In this document: piece after piece, positions 51,601 through 64,000 of the stretch
How the letters are laid out: the number at the start of each line of letters is the position of its first letter
How positions within the stretch are numbered: the first letter of the stretch is position 1
NCBI GenBank assembly: GCA_033442325.1
Contig: JAWQFM010000014.1
Span: 495,265 to 559,264 of the forward strand
Reading direction: 5' to 3'
From: Salpingoeca rosetta
Taxonomy: Eukaryota; Protista; Choanoflagellata
Length of the DNA stretch: 64,000 nucleotides
Program-made: the position numbers and the translations under genes
The notes under the pieces: model-generated
The model's input: the letters and a program-made list of their open reading frames with translations, nothing else
What the model was told of the DNA's origin: nothing
The model's database searches: none

Positions 51601-54284
51601 CGCGCGCGCTTGATCTCCGTGAGCAGCTGCTGCCACGCCATGAGGTCGTCACCGAGGGAGGCAAACACGTTCTCCATCTGCAGGTCCCACAGCGACTGGT
51701 ACTGCAGCCACTCGCCCACGTACGCGTCAACCTTGCCCGTCTCCACGTCAATCAGCCGGTGCGCCTGCACCAGGTCGGCGCCGTCGTTGGGCAGCTTGGC
51801 CAGCAGATTGCCGTACTTGGCCACAGACTTGGTGGCGTTGGCCGTGTCAAGCGGGTCCGTGTGCAGGCGGGCGAGGCTGGTGACCACGGACAGGTGCACC
51901 TGCAGCTGCTGCACCAAAGCCTGGCGTGCGCTCTCCACCGGTGGGGTGAGCATGATCACCTGGTTGCGAATCTGCAGCTCGTGCTTGGCGCGTGCAATCT
52001 CGGGCAGGTCCTCGTCGTCCTCCACGTCCGCGTCCCAGCTCTCCGCTGCACGAGAGGCGTGGGCGAGCGCCTTGGTCCACGCTACGAGCGCGTGGTGCAG
52101 GCGTGCCGCGAGCTTCTGCTCCACCTGCGCATTCAGGTCATCACACCACTGCTGCAGGTTGACGTACTTCTCGGCCTTCATCTTGTTCAACACGTCCTGC
52201 CCACGCTTGATCAAATCCTGCAAGGTGAAGAAAACGGGGGGGAGGGGATGTTGAGTGAGGTGAAGGAAGAAAGAGTGTTGAAACAGGAGAAGAAGGAGAT
52301 GCGAGGGAGTGTGGAGTGTGTGTGTTGTTGTTGTTGAGAGGCAGGGAAAACGCATGAACCAAACACGTGCACACATGCACAACACAGGCACGCACAAAAC
52401 CAAACACGCAAACACAAACACACAACCCCAAACACATCAACACACATAAGCACACAACCCCAAACACATCAACACACATAAGCACACAACCCCAAACACA
52501 TCAACACACATAAGCACACAACCCCAAACACAATTAGCACACCAACACGGGAGCGGAACGCACTTGGAATTTCTTGTTGCTGTAGTCGCAGGTGGTGAGG
52601 GAGGTGAGCATCTTCTTGATGCGGTCGTCATAGCCAAAGAGCGCCTGCACGCGGCGGTGCAGCTCGGTGACGTTTCGTGAGAGCTCGTACGCATACGCCT
52701 CCAAGGGGCTCTCCCAGGTGAGGTCCATGCCGTAGGCAATCTGGTCGTGCACGCGGTTGTACCAGCGCGCAACGAGCGGGGTGAGGTGCGGCCTGTCGTC
52801 CAGCTGGTTCATGGCGATGGAGTACGTCTTGATGCTGTTCTTGAGGGAGATGACATACGGGTACAGCATGTTGGCCTTCTTGGCCTTGACGACGGCGAGC
52901 TTGGGCACGCGGGGCACGTTCTTGAGCCAGCCCATGATGCGCACCTCCTTGGCCATGGTGATGAGGCGCTCGTGGAAGTTGACAAACATCTCCAGGCGCG
53001 TCTTCTCGCCGCGGAACAGCTCAATGTCGAAGATGGTGTTCTTGAACGTGATGTCCTGCGTCTCAATCTCCTGCAGCCAGAGGTCGTACGGGTTGGCCTG
53101 GCGCAGCTTCTCCTTGAACGTCTCGCCGCGCTCCTTCAGCTCGCGCCCGTCCACGTGCTTCATCCAGTTGGGCCCGAGCACGTGCCCGACGCGCTCCAGG
53201 TAGTCGTCGAGCTGCCGCTCAATCTGCGCCATCCAGATGATCTGCCCAGAGGTGGGCGGGATGTCGCGGGCCGCGCTCATGTGGCTGTTGTTGCTGTTGT
53301 GGTACTGCATCTTGAACTTCTTGTGCAGCTCGATAATGTCGTCCTTGACGTTGGACATGAGCTGCTTCTGGTACGAGCGCACGGCGTTGCGGATGCGCGG
53401 GCGGTCCAGCAGCGCGTAGTAGTGGCGGAAGATGCGGAACATGTCCGACGACTTGGCTGCATGGTCAAGCTCGTGGCACAGGTGCTTGATGATGGTGTCC
53501 TCCACCTGGTTCACGCGCGCCTCATAGCTCTCGCAGGCGCGGTCCCACGCCCGCTGGCCCTCCTCCTCCAGGTCAAGCACGTCCACGCTGCGCATCTCGT
53601 CGTACGCGTTCTCCACCTCGGCCAGCGCGTTGTCCTCGTCCGCGTCGGGCTCAATCCCGCGCTGCTTCAGCACCACGGAGATGCGCTGTTTGAGGTCGTC
53701 ATGGCGCAGCCGAAAGTCGTGCACGAGGGCAAGCCGCTCCTGCAGGGCCTTGTGCTCGGGGACCACACGCCGAGCAGTGGCCCGCCCGCCGCGCTGGGTG
53801 CTGCGCAGCTCCTGGATGATGGTGCGGAAGTCGGACTTGTCGTTCCACTCGCGGAAGAGCTGGTTGCACTGGTTGTACAGGTTCTCAAACTCGGGGATGG
53901 GCATGTGCATGAGCTTCTTCTTGGAGAGGATCTTGAGCAGCTGGCTGTTGACGTCGCGGGAGATGGCCTTGATGAGCTCAATAAACCGCTCGCGCGGGTA
54001 CCGCGTGTGCTTCACCTTCTTCATGTGCTGGAACACCTCCAGCATGGCCTCCACAAGCTTCTTGATGTCCGTGGCAATGAGGATGGCGTTGATCGGGAAG
54101 TCCTTCATCAGCGTGTTGTAGTCCAGCACGGTGTCGTACATGGACAGGTTGGTGTCTGTCTCAAAGCTCTTGAGGATGGTCAGTCGCTTGGCCTCCCGCA
54201 GCACTGCCAGCGTCAGCGTCACGTCGTCCTCGGCCAGCCGCACCTTTAGCTGCGACAGTGCGCGCTCCATCGACAGCCAGAACC

Positions 54285-54349
<65 letters not shown>

Positions 54350-55225
54350 CGTGCGTGTGTGTCATGTGTGTGTGTCATGCACGTGTCATGCACGAGCCAT
54401 GCGCGTGAGAGCAACTTACAAGCGTCAACAAGGGCCATGCAGAGCTTGTAGTACATGCCGGCCTCGTAAGGAGTGTGCTCAATCTGCACCGCACGACACG
54501 ATTGGAATGTGTTTGTTTTGGAGGGAGGGAGGAGCAGCAACCGTCGTGGGAAACATCATGCATGAGGCACCATGCGGTGTGTTGACGCACACACATGCGT
54601 AGCAGCAGCAACAGCAGCAGTAGCACCAGGGCATGTGGGGGACAGACAAGCACGCACACACAAGCACAGACAGACATACACACCCACACCCACACATACC
54701 CACACATACACACACACACACACATGCAAACACACACACGCCCGCACACATCAAATACACAAGCAACACACGCCATAGCAGCACATACGTCATTCACATC
54801 GAAACATGTAGCGGGGGGAAGCACACCGCATTCTTCGGGGATGGGCATGTGCATGAGCTTCTCTGGAGAGGATCTTGAGCAGCTGCTGTTGACGTCGCGG
54901 GAGATGGCCTTGATGAGCTCAATAAACCGCTCGCGCGGGTACCGCGTGTGCTTCACCTTCTTCATGTGCTGGAACACCTCCAGCATGGCCTCCACAAGCT
55001 TCTTGATGTCCGTGGCAATGAGGATGGCGTTGATCGGGAAGTCCTTCATCAGCGTGTTGTAGTCCAGCACGGTGTCGTACATGGACAGGTTGGTGTCTGT
55101 CTCAAAGCTCTTGAGGATGGTCAGTCGCTTGGCCTCCCGCAGCACTGCCAGCGTCAGCGTCACGTCGTCCTCGGCCAGCCGCACCTTTAGCTGCGACAGT
55201 GCGCGCTCCATCGACAGCCAGAACC

Positions 55226-55302
<77 letters not shown>

Positions 55303-57329
55303 AAGGGGGTTCGTGTGTAAATTGGTGAGCGTGTGTGGTGAGAACTGAGTGCGAAGAAACAGCATTGTGACAAACTCACAGATGAAGCCACAGCCTCAGA
55401 GATATGTGGCACACCCACACCACATAAATGCACACGCACACAGGTTGCGCACAGGTTACGCACATGCATGCACACATGCACCCACACGAAGACGGACACA
55501 TGCACACTGCACCTGATTTCCTGGCGCGCGCTGCCTGTGGAGAGGTCGCGTTCGAGGCGGGTGACCTGCTGAATGTCCTTGATCCAGCGCAGCACCACCC
55601 GCTCAAGCGACTTGACGTACGCGTCGTCGTGCACCAAGTCCCCCATGTCAGCAAGCGTCGGGCTGCGACCGGCCTTTCGCGCCTGTTTGGGAAACACAGA
55701 GGAGGGATGGGCGGAGAAACGTGTATTGGTGCGTCCGTGAGGCAATTGCTCGACCGCGCAGTCATCATCACACGCACACACGCACACGCACGCACGCGCC
55801 GCACGTGCGCGCGCGCGAACATAATGCACCGACGCAGACACACACGCGAACGCACACACGCATACAGATCACGCAGCGCCATGCACCGCACCTCGGAGAC
55901 CGCGGCGGCGATGGCCTTCTCAGGCACAATCTCAATCTGGGGAATGTCTGTATCCTGCTGCAGATGCGAGAGGAGTGTTTCCAGCTCGTTGATGGCCTTG
56001 CTCGCAGGCTTGATGCTCTCCTTGTCGGCAGCACCGGACCCTTTTGCCAGGCTGTTGAAGAATGGTTGTACGTATTGCTGCACCAGCGCATGCAGCATCC
56101 CAAACGGCTTGCCTGGCGGGTTGTGCGTGTATGTATGAGAGTGTGTGCATGAGTGTGTGTATTTGTGAACGTGTGTTCGTGTTTGGTCGTGTGTGTGTGT
56201 ATTTGTGAACGTGTGTTCGTGTTTGGTCGTGTGTGTGTGTGTGTGTGTATTTGTGAACGTGTGTTCGTGTTTGGTCGTGTGTGTGTGTGTGTGCTTGTTT
56301 CTGTTTGTTTGTACTTGTTAAGACGACGTGTGTGAGGGATGCAGTCAGCATGGCCAAAGTCTCCAGTACATGCACAGGAATGGCGCTCGATCCTTGGTCA
56401 TGTGCACCACAACTCACCGTCAGAGAAGACAACACAGTGCAGCTGCAGCGCCAGATCGTTGGGCGCGAGCGGGTCTTTGGGATTCTTCTTCACAAAGGCA
56501 CATGCTGCGTAGCTTGCACCTAAGCTCTTGATCTGTGTGCGTGTGTGTGTGTGTGTGTGCGTGTGCGTGTGCGTGTGCGTGTGTGTATGTGTGTGAATAC
56601 GTGAGCGAGTGTGGTTGTGTGTAAAGGCTGCCATGGGTCAGTGTCAACACCTGCGAACACAATACTTCAGCAAACCCACCTCATCCGTGATGATGATCTC
56701 TTGTTGGTCGTCTTGGTCACCTAGAGGTTCAATTGAGCCAGTGGATGCAAAATGTGAGCACAAGCGCAAACACACAACATACACACATATACACGCACGC
56801 GCACACAGACTGGGATGGGATCCAACCAAACACTGCTGCGTCAAACGCAAACAGCTGCCAAGAACGCACTTTTGCCTGTGTTTCGGTGGACCATGAGCGC
56901 TCGCTTGTTTGGATCGGCGGCAAAGCTACACAAGTGGAGAGAGTGCGTGTTTGTGCGCACGTGAGGGACAAGAGTAGGTGTGGAGTGCGAGAAGCGTGTG
57001 TGTGTGTGTGATGTGAAAGTGCAAGCGACCCAGCAAGACATGGCAAGAAGGGGGGGGGGGTTCACTTGTTTGTGCCGCACACCCAGACACAAAGCACACA
57101 CACGCACGCACAACACAAACACCACATATGGCCATAATGAATGCACAGAGGTTTGCTGCAAAGGAGTTCACCTGGTGAGGAGTGGCTCTGCCTCTGCCAG
57201 CGTGTCAGCGAGGCTGGCTTCGCCGCCACCAAGTAGAAGTGGCACAACATCGCGAAGATAGTCCACAATCTCTTTGGTATCAATGACCTCGGCAACATGA
57301 TCCGTGCCGTTCAGCTCCTCCGCACTCAT
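39382..57329 (-). CDS. DYNC1H1: Cytoplasmic dynein-1 heavy chain, multi-exon with a ~9.5-kb central exon (~42681-52217)
   Basis: P-loops [73 protein letters not shown]; C-terminal FYRRGVALMC; N-terminal tail exons up to MSAEELNG at 57329. Confidence 0.97.
41460..41636. repeat. Intronic (AAC)n microsatellite with periodic TTA interruptions
   Basis: aacaacaacttaaacaac units in a dynein intron. Confidence 0.85.
42423..42522. other. Assembly gap (100 N), intronic
   Basis: N run; flanking dynein exons (..GSAD|ARRE..) join without apparent missing residues. Confidence 1.
52421..52532. repeat. Intronic 32-bp minisatellite x3.4 (cacaaccccaaacacatcaacacacataagca)
   Basis: Units start at 52421, 52453, 52485 and 52517 (partial). 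Confidence 0.9.
54834..55300 (-). repeat. Tandem partial duplicate of a dynein exon 5' part plus upstream (CA)n (intact copy at ~53890-54345)
   Basis: About 390 bp (RFWLSMERAL...KLMHMPIPE) occur twice; the upstream copy has small deletions near its end and then runs into unrelated sequence. Confidence 0.93.
56153..56292. repeat. Intronic repeat: atttgtgaacgtgtgttcgtgtttggtc x3 separated by variable (GT)n
   Basis: Directly visible in a dynein intron. Confidence 0.9.
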
Positions 57330-57916
57330 CGCGCTGCTGCTGCTGCTGCTGCTGCGCCTGCGGAGTGCCGTCTCTCGTTCCCAACACGCTTCCTCTTCCT
57401 CCTCTACTTCTCCTCTTGTCTCTGAACTTCAGTCCACTCTACAGCAATGCACACAAAGAAGCAAGCAAGCAAGCAAGAAGCGAGCGAGCCTTCTCCGTCG
57501 TCGTTGCAGTGGCGGAGGAGAAGCGGCAAAAATAAACAATTCTCTATTTTATCGTGCCGTATGGAACGGGCCCAAACAAGGGGAAGGGAACAACAAGCGA
57601 ACCATTAAGAGAACCTTCACAGAGGTCAGACAGTCATTTGTCGTTCCACTGCTTCATGCACAAGAAAGTCGAGGCACACTGCAGGCACTGAGGTGAGGCG
57701 GAAGCCAGAGAGGGTCATCCCTTCTTCCCTTCATCCGCACACACACACACACACGCCACATACCACCTGTGGTTTTCCTTCAAGCCTTCAGGGCGCGCAC
57801 ATGCGTGCACAGCTCGACCTCAAAGCAAAAGCTCAAAAGAAAGAAGCAAAGGACTCTAAGGACTGGAAGCAAGACAAGAAGCTTAGAGGAGACTGAAACT
57901 CCTCACAAACTGAGGC

Positions 57917-60900
57917 ATGGCGACCAGCAGAAGCAAGATGACTAAGGCACAATCCAGACGAACCATCCAAGGCCGATGTAGAGTTGCCGTCAGCCCCAAC
58001 AAGCAGGCTGTTTTGGTCCTGGCAGGTGTCCTGCTATTCTTGCTATTGCCCTTACTCTCGGCAGTTGCCACGCCTGCTACTCCAACTCCTGCCCAACCGC
58101 TTGGCGATGTCGACCTGACAGCGGATGCCCATGAACAAGCCTTGCACGAAGGCAGCACTAGCACTAGCACCAGCACCGAGAGCACCGACAACCACTTCCA
58201 CAGCACCGACGACAACAGTGCAGCCATCTGCCACGACGCCCGAGTCGCCCTTGAGGTCGTCACGGAGGCAATTCTCTTGACCACAAGGAGCGAAGAGGAA
58301 ACGCAGGAGGAGAATTCGCAGGAGGAGGTGGTTGCAGACCACAACGGCGACAAGCTCCCCATGCATGCGCACTTGCATGCGTTGCAGCGCGTCATCAACG
58401 CCCACTGCCAACAACAACAACACCAACAGCAGCAGCAAGATGAAAAACAACAACAACAGCAGCAGCAAGGAGGGCAAGGAGAAGACACCGACGACAACAG
58501 CAGCGCCATCCTCAAGGCTGTCGCACGAGCTGCTCTTCCGCTGCAACATGCCTCGCCTTTCCCTCTCCTTACCCAGCAGCATCAACGTCAACAACAGCAG
58601 CGGCGGCGGAGAGACGTTGTGGCAGAAGCAGAGCCCCCCACGGACTTTGTCTTTGACCGCTGCACCGCTTCAGCGATCATCAAAGGCAATTGCACGGTGC
58701 CCGCTTCTGAAGACACCATCGCTGGCGGCACGTTGACCATTGCATTCGATGCACCAAACGACGCCACAGCCCTGTTGGAGGAGATCGAACCCAGCTCGGA
58801 AGCTGCCACTGCCGCAGCTCAACTCTGCAACTCATTGCAGCCACGTGCCTTGGTTATCGCGGGCACCGTGCACAACACCGATTTGGAATGGGTACTGAGC
58901 CACACACAGTGCACAACAGTCCAGCGTGTGAATGTCACAGGCCTGCTTGGCCCAGACTTCTTCTTCAACACCTTCAACCCGCTGACGAGTATTCTAAAAA
59001 TCGAGATCCGTGATAGCAGTTTTGTGCGCTTGGCTCAGAACAACCAGGATGCATCCCCCCATCAGACGTTTGCGCACGCTGGCCAGATCACGTCCATCCT
59101 CACCCACAACACCCTGGTGGGTGGCATAGACCAAGGCGCTTTTGCAGGCATGTCGCAGCTACGCTCACTCACCCTGCAGCGCGGGCGGCTGCGGGAGATC
59201 ACAGCAGAACACTTTGCGGACTTGACCAATCTTCGCACGCTCACTCTGCGCCGCAACCTCATCACACGCATTGCGCCTAACGCCCTCAGCTCAACAACAG
59301 CTTTGGAAAGCCTGGACCTGAATCAGAATGGCTTCGGAGAGCTGCCCGCCACTTTGTTCGAGGCCCCAGTCAATCTCACCTCCATCAACATCGGGGTCAA
59401 CTTCATTGAAACCCTCCCCGAAACCATCTTCTCGAACCTCGCCAAACTGAAGCACCTATCCATCAACAACTGCTTCCTCACCACGCTTCCGCCCACGCTG
59501 CTCCATGCCAACACCATGTTGCACCATATCCACTTGCGAGAAAACAAGTTGGAGGTTCTCCCGTCTGCCGTTTTCTCCAACCTTTCGGCATTGGAAGAGC
59601 TTGACCTGCGCCGCAACTATTTCACAGAGATTGACCTGTCTTGGTTTGCGGCCGAGATGCCAGCTCTGAAGTCGTTTGACTTGAGCCAGAACAACATCGA
59701 GGTACTGCCACAGAACTTGCTGGCAGCTTTCCCTGCCCTTCGAACGCTCCAGCTCCAATCAAACGCGCTGACGAATCTTCAACCAGGAATCATTTCTGAG
59801 CACTCCCAGCTTGTTTCCATTGACCTCAGCTACAATCAATTGGTCCAACTTCCACCTGATTCGTTTCGCAGCTTCCCAAACCTTGAAAGGCTCGCACTCT
59901 CCAACAATGCATTGGAGGTCTTTCCTCACAATGTGAGCCTGCCCCAGTTGAGAATTCTTCGACTTCTGAACAACCCCCTCAAAACAGCGGTTGATGTGCA
60001 AAGGCTTCAACGCTTGGAGGAGCTCCGTTTCAACGGGCACTTGTTGTCAAAAGTTGACATCACACCGTATTTGAACCTGCATCGACTCCACTCCCTATCG
60101 GTTCGACCAGCCACTTCTCTCGAGAGCACTCTCATTTTTCACGAAGGCAGGATCAACACCACGAACCTTTGCCGCCTGCGACACCTGAACATTCGGAACA
60201 TGCACTTCTCTGGTTTCCTGAGATGGCTGGTTCAGCACCAGGTTCAACTTCGCAGCCTCTACGTCGGCGCCCCACATATGAATGCCATGACAGCCCCTGT
60301 TAGTGAAATATGCAGTGCGTTGGCATCAGACGTGGAAAGCCTCGCCATCATCAACACCGCTTACGAAGAACTACGTCTGTGTCCAAACACCTCCATCCAA
60401 GCCGTGTTTCTCGATCAAAATCACGCTTTGACGACCGTTGAGGTGGAGTCTCCGACTCGCACCTTAAACGTGTCATCCTGCCCAAACCTGGAGACAATTC
60501 ACGTGCCAGTGGCCGAGGTGCTAGACATCAGTCGCACCAAGGTCCCTTTCCAACGCGGGTTCTGCCGCACACTCGGCACGCGCGTCCTGGTCGCACAGCA
60601 GTGGCAAGAGCGCGGCAAGCCCGACGTTCAGCGGCTCTCGCCATTGCTTCTGCAGTGCATTGTGTTTAGCGACGTTGAGGTTGTGGACCTGAGCGACAAC
60701 GACTGGATCGACCAGCCGCACCTGCTCAATGCGCCACTCAACAGACCGGTGGCGTTTCGGAAAGACCAGCCAGACGCTGCATTGTTTGGGGTGGTGCATT
60801 TCCGGCAAGTTATCCCCAGCATTGAGCTGTTTCGATCCCCGGTGGAGTGTCGACTGCGTGTTACGACTCAACCTACGGGGGAATCACGCACCATCCACAC

Positions 60901-63111
60901 AAGAGTATGGGACACAGTGTTCCTGTTTCGCTGTCAGTGCTCATCTGGTTATATCGCAAGAGGAGACAAGTGCATCAAGCAGACAGACAACCCCGTGCCG
61001 GTTGCGTTGGGCACTGTTGCCGGTGTCTTGGCGCTGCAAGGCGCACTGTTTGCGCTGTTCCGCTGGTATCGCCGGCACAAGCAGTTGCGCGCCGAGCACG
61101 CCCTCAACATGCAGCTGCTCTCCGAGAAGGACGCGGAGGTGCTGGCGCTCAAGGCCGTGTGGGACATTCCGTTTGAGGAGCTTGACCTGTACCGCGAGCT
61201 GGACAGTGGTGCGAGCGGCGACGTGTGGGAGGGCGAGTGGGACTCGGTGCATGTGGCGGTGAAGGTGCTGAAGCTGGGCAACGTGTTCCTGGACGCAGCG
61301 ACGCAGCAGGAGTTTGAGAAGGAGGTGGCGTTCTTGCAGCGCACGCGGCATCCGCACCTGGTTCGCTTCTTTGGCGCTGGCACAAACCCGGTGACTGGCG
61401 CGCCGTTTCTGGTGCTCGAGTTTATGGCGCTCGGATCCCTGCGCCAGCTGCTGCAGCGCAACCTGCAACAGGTGTTGACAGAGACCAACAGCACCAGCGC
61501 TTCCACGACCGCAGAAACTGCTGCGCCGACAAGCGAGGACTTGGATGACTACACAGTCGTGTCAACAACCAGGCACTCGGTGCAGCCTGGTCTCTTGACT
61601 GTGTGGGCGCTGAAGCAGCGGCTCGCTGCGGACATTGCATCTGGCATGGCGTTTATCCACAGCCTCGGCAAACTCCACAGGTGACCTTGCGTGTTTTGTT
61701 TGGGGGGGGGGGGTTTGGGGTTGGTGAGTGTGTGATGCGTGTGTGATCTGTGCGTGTGCGTAAGTGTAATACGTGTGTGTTGTGTATGTGTGTTGTGTGT
61801 GCTTTTGTGCGTGCTTTTGTGTGCTTTTGTGTGTTGTGTATGTGTGTGAGTGTGCGTGCGTGACATGTGCGTGCGTGCGTGTGTGTGTTATGTTATTGCC
61901 TGCTTGCGCCCTCCTTTCCTTTCCACATGCCTTCACTCAATGCACACATTCTGCACACAACGTAATGCACGCATGCGCCCCATCGGACGCAGAGATCTGA
62001 AGAGCGGCAATGTGCTGGTGTCGGCGAACCTGCGGGCAAAGATCACGGACTTTGGAACCGTGACCCAGCGCCTGAGTTCACAGCAGGTGCATTCTGCGGG
62101 ACCACACCGCAGCAGCGGAGGCGGCTGGTTTGGCCTTGGCTTTGGGCTGCCCGGCACCCACAATCACAGCAGCGACAGGAGAATGAGCAACAACAACAAC
62201 GACAGCGACGACGACGACATAGGCAGCAGCGGCAACGACAAAGACAGTAATGGCAGTTCAAGCGTGCTGGCTGGGGCTGGGTTATCGTCGTTGACCACAC
62301 CAGCGTCGTCGTCACGTGGTGGCGATTCAGAGGCAGCGCAGGCCAGGCTGCTTGCGGCGGCGGCTGATGGTGCTGCTGTGAATGACGATGTTGCGTACGA
62401 CGAGGAGGTGGCTGGCATGACGATGAGCATGACCATGACAGCCGCTGTTGGCACGCCGCTGTACACTGCGCCAGAGGCGCTGACGGGGACAGCGTACGAC
62501 ACCAAGGCCGACGTGTTCAGCTTTGGGGTTGTGCTGTGGGAGATTGTGACGCAGCGGAAACCCGACTTGATCAAGCAAGAGTTTGGGGACGGGTTCTGCG
62601 GCCCGATGCTGTCCACCCTCGCATCCTTGCTTGCATCCGGCAAGCGGCTCCGCTTCCCTCCATCTTCAGGTGAGAAGAAAGGAGGGGGTGATAAGAGACG
62701 GGGGCGAAGAGGAGTTTGGGGTTGAGGGGTTGGGAGGGGGTTGGAGGGGGTGAGGGCGAGTTGTGGAAGTCGTGTGTGCTGTGTGTGTGTGTATGTGTGT
62801 GTGTGTGTGTATGCTGTTAGTACTGCGCTGTTATGATGCTCTTTTGTTTTTCTTTTTCAACACTCCCCTGCCAGCCTACCTGCCCACCGTCCTGCACCCC
62901 AGTGCATGCACAGCACAGCACGTCTTGTCCCCAGCTCCTCACAATACCAGCGCATCACAATGCCTACTGCCTTGGTTGTGCAGGCAATGAGGAAGCGGCG
63001 GAAGTGCTGTTGCGCAACCTGGCGCAAGAATGCATGGCACAGGAGGCCAGGGAGCGACCCACCTTCCAGCAGCTGAAGGAAAAGCTGCTCGCAGCTCTAC
63101 CCGGCTCTTAA
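57917..63111 (+). CDS. LRR-TM-protein kinase (TKL-type) receptor, copy 2, intact; exons 57917-61680, 61993-62669, 62984-63111
   Basis: Uninterrupted 1255-codon first ORF with signal peptide, RRRR site, LRRs, CQCSSGYIARGDKC, TM and kinase N-lobe; HR|DLKSGN, DFG, APE; same intron positions as copy 1. Confidence 0.92.
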
Positions 63112-63966
63112 GCTGCGCCAGACAGCTAGACAGCCATTGCTTGAGCCAATTGCTCTGTGTGCGCAATGATGAGGGTTCATCCTGGATAAGATGCTTGAAG
63201 GTGTTTGTGTTTGTTGCTCGGTGTATTGAATTGTGTTTGTGGTTCCCTACTTGCCTGCTTGCCTACTTGCTTTGTGTTGTTGCATTTTTGTACAATGTTC
63301 AATTGCGCGATCTGTGTCATTTTCATTTCACGTGGTGTGATGTGATGACTTCACCCAGCAAACACAAAACACACGGTGATACAAACGCGGGCGTGTAGGC
63401 GCGCGGCATAAAACAAAACAATGAAACGCAATAACAACGCAGGCAAGCCAGCAGGCAGGCGATGAGGCAGACATGGAGCATGCAGACTATGAATGAAAAA
63501 AAAAAATGCACGAGAAGAAACGATCGCATGGGCAGTAGAGAAAGCATCAAGTTCAAGTTCCAGTGGGTGAAAGTAACAAACAGCACCACGCAGGCAAGAT
63601 CGGACGCAGCAAAACAAGGCAGAAATCAAGTGCACAGTTGACAGCAACGCCAGCCACAGCAACGGGTCACAAGAAGGGGCTTGAGGGGTAGGGAGGGAAG
63701 CAAAAGTCGTGCTGGGGTGGTTGTGGTGGTCGTAGGTGTTATGAAAGGGTGAGGGAGGGGGACAAAGTAGGCTGCAGCACCAAAGAGGTGGACGGCAGTG
63801 GCAGTGTGATGGGCGAGAAGCAGAGCGCAGCAAAGTGACTCAGCGAGGCGTAAAGAAGAAAGAAGGAAGGGGTTGGGGTTGGCTAAGAACGACCAGGAAC
63901 CCGAGCGGGGGGAGGGGTTGTTGCTGATTTGAATTGGCGGGCGTAAACCGGTCCATGTGCGTGAGT

Positions 63967-64000
63967 TCACAGGTGCAGCTGGCGCAGAATGTCCTCCAGT
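63967..64000 (-). CDS. Possible 3' end of a gene entering from beyond the window (...LEDILRQLHL*)
   Basis: Short frame of GC-ending codons ending in TGA, followed by UTR-like sequence; too short to verify. Confidence 0.3.
   Translation of the reverse strand, partial: LEDILRQLHL

Noticed and set aside
42819-52337. 1999-aa and 1147-aa plus-strand ORFs
   Set aside because: Antisense shadows of the dynein exon caused by strong GC3 codon bias; no domain content.
56153-56292. 28-bp repeats with spacers (CRISPR-like)
   Set aside because: Spacers are only (GT)n, the context is a eukaryotic intron, and there are no cas genes.

Overview
Eukaryotic, gene-dense, intron-rich DNA with (CA)n/(TG)n microsatellites in most introns and four N-gaps. 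Gene content and style suggest a choanoflagellate such as Salpingoeca rosetta (inference). About 15 genes can be supported: a small spliced hypothetical gene, an NKAPD1/C11orf57 homologue, cathepsin B, Nse4, a C2H2 zinc-finger factor, PIG-B, a 2OG-Fe(II) oxygenase, two tandem mucin-stalk receptors, TTLL1, a CH25H-like hydroxylase, a Rap-like GTPase, cytoplasmic dynein-1 heavy chain, and two LRR-TM-kinase paralogues about 54 kb apart. The main finding is the mosaic structure of the two LRR receptor kinases. Near-identical N-terminal (pro-domain/cap) and C-terminal (TM, kinase, intron splice regions) blocks flank a roughly 2-kb LRR block of almost the same length (1988 vs 1982 nt) but highly divergent sequence, with sharp boundaries. 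This is a candidate variable-sensor/constant-signalling receptor family. One copy carries a single in-frame TAA. The mucin pair shows a similar variable-outside/conserved-tail pattern (NPLY, RRAS and PDZ motifs). Most long ORFs in the supplied track are microsatellite or antisense artefacts. All identities are by-eye estimates or hand counts; no database searches were run.
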